Shown here piece by piece: positions 59,152 to 64,000 of a DNA stretch of 64,000 nucleotides; positions within the stretch are counted from its first letter, which is position 1, and the number at the start of each line of letters is the position of its first letter. This stretch comes from Bacteroidales bacterium (GTDB lineage: Bacteria > Bacteroidota > Bacteroidia > Bacteroidales > JAADJA01). Below the pieces are notes generated by a model. It saw nothing but the letters and a program-made list of their open reading frames with translations, made no database searches and was not told the origin of the DNA. The translations under genes were made by a program, and so were the position numbers. The stretch is from assembly GCA_047920975.1 (NCBI GenBank), contig JBLRXC010000002.1:3061-67060 (forward strand), in the 5' to 3' direction.

Positions 59152-59718
59152 ATGGAAAATTCGGCCAAAGAGGAAATTTTGAGGACCTGGGTTGATAAAT
59201 ACTCGGATACTTTGTTTGCACATGCGCTCTTTAAAACTTCAAATAAGGAGGTTGCCGAAGATCTGGTTCAGGATACTTTTTTATCTGCGTATAAAGGATT
59301 TGAGCATTTTGAAGGCAAAAGCAGTCCTAAAACATGGCTCTTTTCAATATTGAATCACAAGATCCTTGACTATTACCGAAAATTGTACAAAGAGCCTAAA
59401 GCCTCCGATAATGCAGGCATGGAGCTGTTCTTTGATGATAACGGCCGATGGAAAAAGAACGAGATGCCTGCTTCATGGAATGAGGAGCCAGTGCATCTTT
59501 TGGATGACGCCGATTTCAATGTGGTTTTACAGCGCTGTCTGGGTTCTTTACCGCCTGTCTGGCACGCAGCGGTTCATCTTAAATACCTCGAAGAAAAGAA
59601 AGGTGATCAGATTTGTCAGGAACTGGAAATAACACCTACCAATCTATGGCAGATCATTCACAGGGCAAAGTTGCAACTGCGGAAGTGTGTCGAAGATAAT
59701 TGGTTTAAAAAAGCATAA
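59152..59718 (+). CDS. ECF-type RNA polymerase sigma-70 family factor
   Basis: Region 2 (EDLVQDTFLSAYKGFEHFEGKSSPKTWLFSILNHKILDYYR) and the region 4 HTH (QICQELEITPTNLWQIIHRAKLQLRKC). 188 aa. Confidence 0.85.
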   Translation: MENSAKEEILRTWVDKYSDTLFAHALFKTSNKEVAEDLVQDTFLSAYKGFEHFEGKSSPKTWLFSILNHKILDYYRKLYKEPKASDNAGMELFFDDNGRWKKNEMPASWNEEPVHLLDDADFNVVLQRCLGSLPPVWHAAVHLKYLEEKKGDQICQELEITPTNLWQIIHRAKLQLRKCVEDNWFKKA

Positions 59719-59722
59719 GGCG

Positions 59723-59983
59723 ATGATGAGTAAATTGATGTTATCATGTATTAAAGCTACCGAAATGGTTGAAAAGAGATCATTTTCGGAGTTGTCCTGC
59801 AGTGAGAACATGCAGCTTAAATTTCACACCATGATGTGTAGCGCCTGCCGGTCTTATCAAAAGCAGAGCCAATTGCTCGACAAGATCATCCGCCAAACAA
59901 TCCATGAAGACATGCCCATCAAGACAGAACCTGCTGAAAACAGCGATGATTTGAAGAGAAAGATCATCGCCAAACTGGGTTGA
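59723..59983 (+). CDS. Small soluble zinc-finger (HxxxCxxC) anti-sigma-factor-like protein
   Basis: 86 aa, starting 5 nt after the sigma gene stop. It has an HTMMCSAC motif (H-x3-C-x2-C) and no TM segment. The ATG at 59723 is preferred over the overlapping track start at 59687. Confidence 0.55.
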   Translation: MMSKLMLSCIKATEMVEKRSFSELSCSENMQLKFHTMMCSACRSYQKQSQLLDKIIRQTIHEDMPIKTEPAENSDDLKRKIIAKLG

Positions 59984-59990
59984 TCAAAGC

Positions 59991-60593
59991 ATGGCAAAAG
60001 TCACTTTCGGAATTTTCTTTTTTCTGCTTACCATACAAACAGGTGCACAAAATGAACCTGCTTACGAAAATTTTACCGTAACCGCTTTCCAGGGCAAAGT
60101 TTACCTGAGTTGGATATTGCCTGCCGGAAGCACCTGTTTTGGAATTCAGGTTTATAGGTCAGAAGACGGTGAAATTTTTGAAGAGATCGGCTGGTTTTAT
60201 GGAATTTGCGGGAGTAATTCAGAATCGGTACCCTATAGCTTTGTTGATGAGGAACCTATGCTGAACCAGACCAATTACTACCGGATTGAACTTGGGAAGG
60301 GGTTTTTCTCTGACATCATCTCCGTTCAGGTGATTGACCTGAGCGGGAAGAACAGCCAGGTAAGACCCAACCCGGTGGTTGATGTCTCAGCTGTTTACTT
60401 CACGAACGGTTCGGGTAAAAATCACACACTGTCTGTCTACGACCTGAACGGGAAATTGATCAACGCCCAATCCACCCATCTTGATTTTTTTGAGGTTAAT
60501 GCATCTTCCATTCCTTTTGGATTGTATATCTATGCCATCATTTCTGATGATGGTAGTTTTTATAGCAATGGAAAATTGATTATCGGGAGATAA
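59991..60593 (+). CDS. Small secreted Fn3-like protein with a T9SS C-terminal sorting domain
   Basis: Signal peptide (FFFLLTIQTGAQN), an Fn3-like block (FTVTAFQGKVYLSWILP...VYRSEDGEIFEEIG...YYRIEL), and the tail RPNPVVDVSAVYF...LSVYDLNGKLI...GLYIYAII. Confidence 0.7.
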   Translation: MAKVTFGIFFFLLTIQTGAQNEPAYENFTVTAFQGKVYLSWILPAGSTCFGIQVYRSEDGEIFEEIGWFYGICGSNSESVPYSFVDEEPMLNQTNYYRIELGKGFFSDIISVQVIDLSGKNSQVRPNPVVDVSAVYFTNGSGKNHTLSVYDLNGKLINAQSTHLDFFEVNASSIPFGLYIYAIISDDGSFYSNGKLIIGR

Positions 60594-60783
60594 CTCCATT
60601 GAATGATTCATCTTTAGTCACCAATTCACCCATAATATTATTGTAGGTTGAAATATAGTGGTTTATCCTGTTTAACACACTTTTACATGCCTCAGAAAAA
60701 ATTTTATCTTTTTTGTAAGGATTAAGTGTAAGGAACGACAAATTTAGAATAATTCACTAATGTTAAACTAAGATTTTATAGAG

Positions 60784-60982
60784 ATGAAAAAAGTTCTCTT
60801 TTTTATTGCTGGAATTCTGATTTTCACTGCTAATTCCTATGCAGAAGGAAAATAAGACGGGCATGATACACTTTAACAACCCCGCAAGCCATGATATCAT
60901 TACCAGCATCAGTGTGTCGGGGAGCAATGATAATATCAAAAAGGCTTTTAGAGAAGCAATAAATAAAGTCTCAGTCAATTAA
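60784..60982 (+). pseudogene. Split ORF for a small secreted peptide. A signal-peptide ORF is interrupted by a stop in an A-rich run and continues in the +1 frame.
   Basis: Hand translation gives 60784-60855 as MKKVLFFIAGILIFTANSYAEGK*. The +1 frame from 60854 reads KTGMIHFNNPASHDIITSISVSGSNDNIKKAFREAINKVSVN* and ends at 60982. That frame also has its own ATG at 60839. A single-nucleotide indel would restore a precursor of about 65 aa. Confidence 0.3.
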
Positions 60983-61006
60983 TTAATAACCTTAATTTTT
61001 TTATTT

Positions 61007-61537
61007 ATGAACAGAAAGACGTTTTTGATTTTTTCGGCCTTAATGGTTTCAGCCATTGTATTTTTTGAATCTTGCAGCAGTGACGATGATGATGTTACAC
61101 CTCCTGTTGCCCAGGAGTTTGTTGCAGATAATAGCTCATTTACCGGTTTCATGAACTGGTCACTTGATGCTACGGCATTTGGTGCCGACCCTGCCCTGGG
61201 CGGTATGGCACATGGGGGTAATGACAGCACAGTTGTGAGGAATGTTTATTTCAAGGATGGACAGGATCCGGTTAATGGAAAATATCCCCAGGGAACGATC
61301 ATTGTAAAGCATTCCAACAATCCGGACAATACCGTCAACGAGTTCACTGCAATGGTGAAGCGCGGAGGCAACTTTAACCCGGAAGCCAATGGTTGGGAGT
61401 GGTTCATGCTGGCCCCGGACGGCACCATTGCAGTTGATGCACAGGGAAATCTTATGCGTGGTGCCAAACTGATGGATAACATGTGTACGATGTGCCATAC
61501 AGCGGCTGCTTCAAAGGATTATGTTTTCTCGAAATAG
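61007..61537 (+). CDS. Cytochrome P460-family (P460 / c'-beta-like) haem-c lipoprotein
   Basis: Lipoprotein signal (AIVFFESCSSDDDD). The core YPQGTIIVKH...AMVKRGGNF..NGWEWFML and the C-terminal haem motif CTMCH followed by KDYVFSK match the layout of the P460 family. Confidence 0.6.
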   Translation: MNRKTFLIFSALMVSAIVFFESCSSDDDDVTPPVAQEFVADNSSFTGFMNWSLDATAFGADPALGGMAHGGNDSTVVRNVYFKDGQDPVNGKYPQGTIIVKHSNNPDNTVNEFTAMVKRGGNFNPEANGWEWFMLAPDGTIAVDAQGNLMRGAKLMDNMCTMCHTAAASKDYVFSK

Positions 61538-61572
61538 GGAGTTTCCTTCAAATATCAGAGTTTCCTTCATAC

Positions 61573-61614
61573 ATCAGCCCGGATCCTGATTGGATCAGGG
61601 CTGATTTTTTTTTT
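61573..61614 (+). terminator. Intrinsic terminator after the P460-family gene
   Basis: atcagccc-g-gatcc / tgatt / ggatc-a-gggctgat is a compound stem followed by a run of 10 T. Confidence 0.75.
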
Positions 61615-61753
61615 GAAACTCTACTTGCTGATTTGCGGAGATATGAATTGGTGAGGTACAGAGGCATAGGATATTATCTGAAATAACCTCTGTTTGATCA
61701 GAATTAATCTTTTTTTGATTACGTTTTTGTATGCCTCATTTTACTGGGAAAAT

Positions 61754-62194
61754 ATGATCTATTTTGGTATGGGTCCCAAAAAGAACACAAACGGAAAGTT
61801 GTCTGTTACTTTTCCTCTTGGAAAGAAAAAAATTGCTGGTGTTGCTGCATCCGACATCGGAAAAGTGGCTTACGGGATATTCAGGAACGGTCAGGAAATG
61901 ATAGGAAAGTCGGTAGGAGCTGCCGGTGATCAGATTGATTGTAACGAAATGGCCCGGATTCTCTCAACTGCTCTGGGAAAGGAGGTTGTTTACAACGAAG
62001 TAACACCTGATCAATACAGAAGCTTTGGATTTCAGGGAGCAGATGACCTTGGAAACATGTTTCAGTTTTATCGTGATTTCGATTATGTCTGCAATAGTAT
62101 AAGAGATGTCGGTATTTCCAGGCAGCTGAATCCTGAACTGCAATCGTTCAGGGAATGGGTATCCCGGAACGTCGATAAATTACCCCTGGAGTAG
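61754..62194 (+). pseudogene. 5'-truncated remnant of an NmrA-family NAD(P)-binding protein (C-terminal half only)
   Basis: ...FPLGKKKIAGVAASDIGKVAYGIFRNGQEMIGKSVGAAGDQ...NMFQFYRD...LNPELQSFREWV corresponds to the C-terminal ~145 aa of NmrA/HSCARG-like proteins. The Rossmann GxxGxxG half is missing, and the upstream DNA is a terminator plus non-coding sequence. Confidence 0.5.
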
Positions 62195-62251
62195 GGCATG
62201 ACTTTGAATGAAAGATCGGATTGGTTCTGTTAATTCTCAAATGAATACCTT

Positions 62252-62259
62252 TATATTTG
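62252..62259 (+). promoter_or_regulatory. Bacteroidota -7 motif TAtaTTTG upstream of the GtrA-family gene
   Basis: Exact TAnnTTTG match about 50 bp upstream of the ATG at 62309. Confidence 0.45.
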
Positions 62260-62308
62260 CACCGAAAGTTATTGGAATGTTTATTACCAGGTTAACAGCG
62301 AGCAATAC

Positions 62309-62692
62309 ATGAACTGGCCTTTTGTCTGGAAATTTCTGAAATTCAGTATGGTCGGGTTTTCAGGAGTATTCATTGATTTTGGTTTTACGTGGATTTGCAA
62401 GGAGTGGCTCGGGATCCAAAAATATATCTCCAATGCCATTGGATTTAGCATTGCTGCCAGTTGGAACTATCTGTTTAACCGAATCTGGACTTTTCAGAGC
62501 CAGAACCCTGAAATTATAACCGAATTTAGTTTCTTTTTTATCATATCCATCATCGGCCTTGCGATCAATTCATTCATATTATGGATATTGGTCAGCAAGT
62601 ACCGGCAGGGGTTCTATCTATCCAAACTGTTTGCCATCGCGGGTGCTACGGTTTGGAATTTTCTTGCGAATTATTATTTTACTTTTCGGTAA
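62309..62692 (+). CDS. GtrA-family membrane protein
   Basis: 127 aa with four TM helices. FLKFSMVGFSGVFIDFG...WNYLFNRIWTF is the GtrA-like signature. Confidence 0.75.
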   Translation: MNWPFVWKFLKFSMVGFSGVFIDFGFTWICKEWLGIQKYISNAIGFSIAASWNYLFNRIWTFQSQNPEIITEFSFFFIISIIGLAINSFILWILVSKYRQGFYLSKLFAIAGATVWNFLANYYFTFR

Positions 62693-62734
62693 GGAAAGAT
62701 AGATTGAGTAGTCTTAATCAGGGCTCCCCATTGT

Positions 62735-63805
62735 TTAATACCTTGTTAAAAGTACGAGGCCCTTGTAGTTATCCAGTCCGTTTCCTTCAATGAAGACAGC
62801 TTCTCCACCGTACTTCAGGTTCAGGTCGATCATTTCATCAATGATATCATCCATGAAATTCTTCCGGCCATGTTCATTTTCACTCACCGGGGTTATTTTT
62901 CCTCTCTCTATGATTGCGGCCTGAAATGTTCCTTTTTTAATGAATAAGGTCTGGCCCCTTCCTTCATGGATGGCTGTCCAGATATCATTCAGATCACTGA
63001 CTTTTCTTCCGGAATTGGCCGCCTTATGAAGTTCATCCAGTCGTTTTTGATTGCGTGCAATGATGGCAGCGTGAACAATAGGCCATGCTTCTGTAATGAT
63101 ATGGTGTGCTTTTTCATCATCCCGGTTTTTGTTCAGGTGGCCGATGATGATCTCTTTTTTATCAGCCACTTTCATAAAATGATGAAAATTTCGTTCTTCT
63201 GTGGCCACTAGAACAGGAGCAGGGTTATGAGTGATCGCCTTCTGAAGAATTTTATCCACCTGGTTGAAAAACTCCTCAATCAGATAATCTGTGCCTTTGG
63301 CAGTAGTAAGCTTGAGTTTATCAGTCGCATAGAATGAATTATTTTTCAGTGGAAAGGATTCAGAGAATTCATTCATGACTTTGTCGTTGTGTGCTTCTAT
63401 TAACCTTGCATTTTGTCTGCTTAATACCAGTATATAGTATGTCGATTCTTCATGCATTGCTCTCACAAGGTCTCTTGTTGCAAAGGTTTCGCCTACAACA
63501 ACCCGGGATTTTACAGGAATTGTCAGGCGTGTATAATCGGCTATTTCTTCGTTGACAAATATTACAAGACTCTCGAGGTTATGGCTGTGATCGATGGACT
63601 CAGAGAGTTTTTTTAGTCGTTTCATGATACTGGCTGCCACCTGTTTTTCGCATTTTTGGAACAATCGCTCCTCTGCCTCTTTTACCAGATTTTTTAAAAG
63701 AATGGGATCCTTTTGGCTATCAGGTGTGGTCCGGTGTGTATTCAGGATCACGGTTACGCAGCAATCCGATTTGATATTCTTAATCTCTCTCAGTAATGTA
63801 TCCAT
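62735..63805 (-). CDS. eRF1-like (bacterial/archaeal baeRF-type) domain protein
   Basis: N-terminal VTVILNTHRT...LLKNLVKEAEERL, a middle block LVIFVNEE...YYILVLSRQNARLIE, and a C-terminus ...GGEAVFIEGNGLDNYKGLVLLTRY. The C-terminus resembles the eRF1/Pelota domain-3 ending (GGI[AG].[IL]LR[YF]). The call is by recognition only. Confidence 0.5.
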   Translation of the reverse strand: MDTLLREIKNIKSDCCVTVILNTHRTTPDSQKDPILLKNLVKEAEERLFQKCEKQVAASIMKRLKKLSESIDHSHNLESLVIFVNEEIADYTRLTIPVKSRVVVGETFATRDLVRAMHEESTYYILVLSRQNARLIEAHNDKVMNEFSESFPLKNNSFYATDKLKLTTAKGTDYLIEEFFNQVDKILQKAITHNPAPVLVATEERNFHHFMKVADKKEIIIGHLNKNRDDEKAHHIITEAWPIVHAAIIARNQKRLDELHKAANSGRKVSDLNDIWTAIHEGRGQTLFIKKGTFQAAIIERGKITPVSENEHGRKNFMDDIIDEMIDLNLKYGGEAVFIEGNGLDNYKGLVLLTRY

Positions 63806-63945
63806 AACGGTTTATTTAAAAAGTGAATCAATGTATTAATAAAACCTAAAGATACAGTAAATCGTTCAAATTTTAAGGATTTTTTTCAAATAGCCAGTCG
63901 CTTCAAGTTATAAGTCATTGGCTATTAAAAAGTTTGAATATTGGT

Positions 63946-64000
63946 ATGATCTCAATAGCTTTTGATCATATCGGATGGAATGCAGATGATATAATCGGCA
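63946..64000 (+). CDS. Possible 5' end of a gene running off the right edge (function unknown)
   Basis: The ATG at 63946 opens MISIAFDHIGWNADDIIG... with no stop before the window ends. Only 18 codons are visible. The HIG..V.D pattern faintly recalls glyoxalase/VOC-fold N-termini. Confidence 0.25.
   Translation, partial: MISIAFDHIGWNADDIIG

Noticed and set aside
60763-60978. The 71-aa minus-strand ORF between the T9SS cargo gene and the P460-family gene.
   Set aside because: It is antisense to a plus-strand locus with a clear signal peptide and a continuing open frame. Its hydrophobic translation is the mirror image of that signal peptide.

Overview
This window reads as mostly core chromosome of a Bacteroidota organism. 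The phylum call rests on several signals:
- gliding and type IX secretion genes (gldF, gldG, a T9SS plug-like gene, and two proteins with T9SS C-terminal sorting domains);
- a short 288-aa RpoD;
- an atpBEFHAG operon without atpDC;
- the Bacteroidota -7 promoter motif TAnnTTTG upstream of many genes.

Gene content:
- Energy metabolism: the complete Na+-NQR operon nqrABCDEF and the F-type ATPase genes atpBEFHAG.
- Nucleotide and replication genes: a class II ribonucleotide reductase, a MazG-like gene, pyrG and priA.
- Central metabolism: pfkA, a long-form GAPDH, a phosphohexomutase, dapF and lplA.
- Translation: rpsA, ychF, rnz, rsmD, tRNA-Pro(CGG) and tRNA-Thr(CGT).
- Envelope: htrA, mltG, a beta-barrel outer-membrane protein, and DUF2279 and DUF4197 proteins.

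I saw no rRNA, CRISPR array, cas gene, transposase, integrase or phage gene, and I cannot honestly point to a multi-gene novel defence or conflict system.

The parts most worth a second look are:
1. A structured repeat element at 26.57-26.83 kb. It combines a nested palindrome around an 18-bp GC hairpin with three direct repeats spaced exactly 53 bp apart.
2. An accessory-looking stretch at 59-64 kb. It holds an ECF sigma / soluble HxxxCxxC anti-sigma / T9SS-cargo operon, a split small secreted-peptide ORF, a cytochrome P460-family lipoprotein, a 5'-truncated NmrA remnant, GtrA, and an orphan eRF1-like (baeRF-type) protein.
3. An adjacent DUF1338 (HglS-like) and YdiJ-like gene pair.
4. A C/A-rich leader in front of the tRNAs, with a G-quadruplex motif on the template strand.
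5. An rpsA gene with long charged extensions at both ends.

Several start codons from the ORF track were revised, and two edge-truncated ORFs were added by hand translation. All functional calls come from motif and family recognition by eye; no database search was run.
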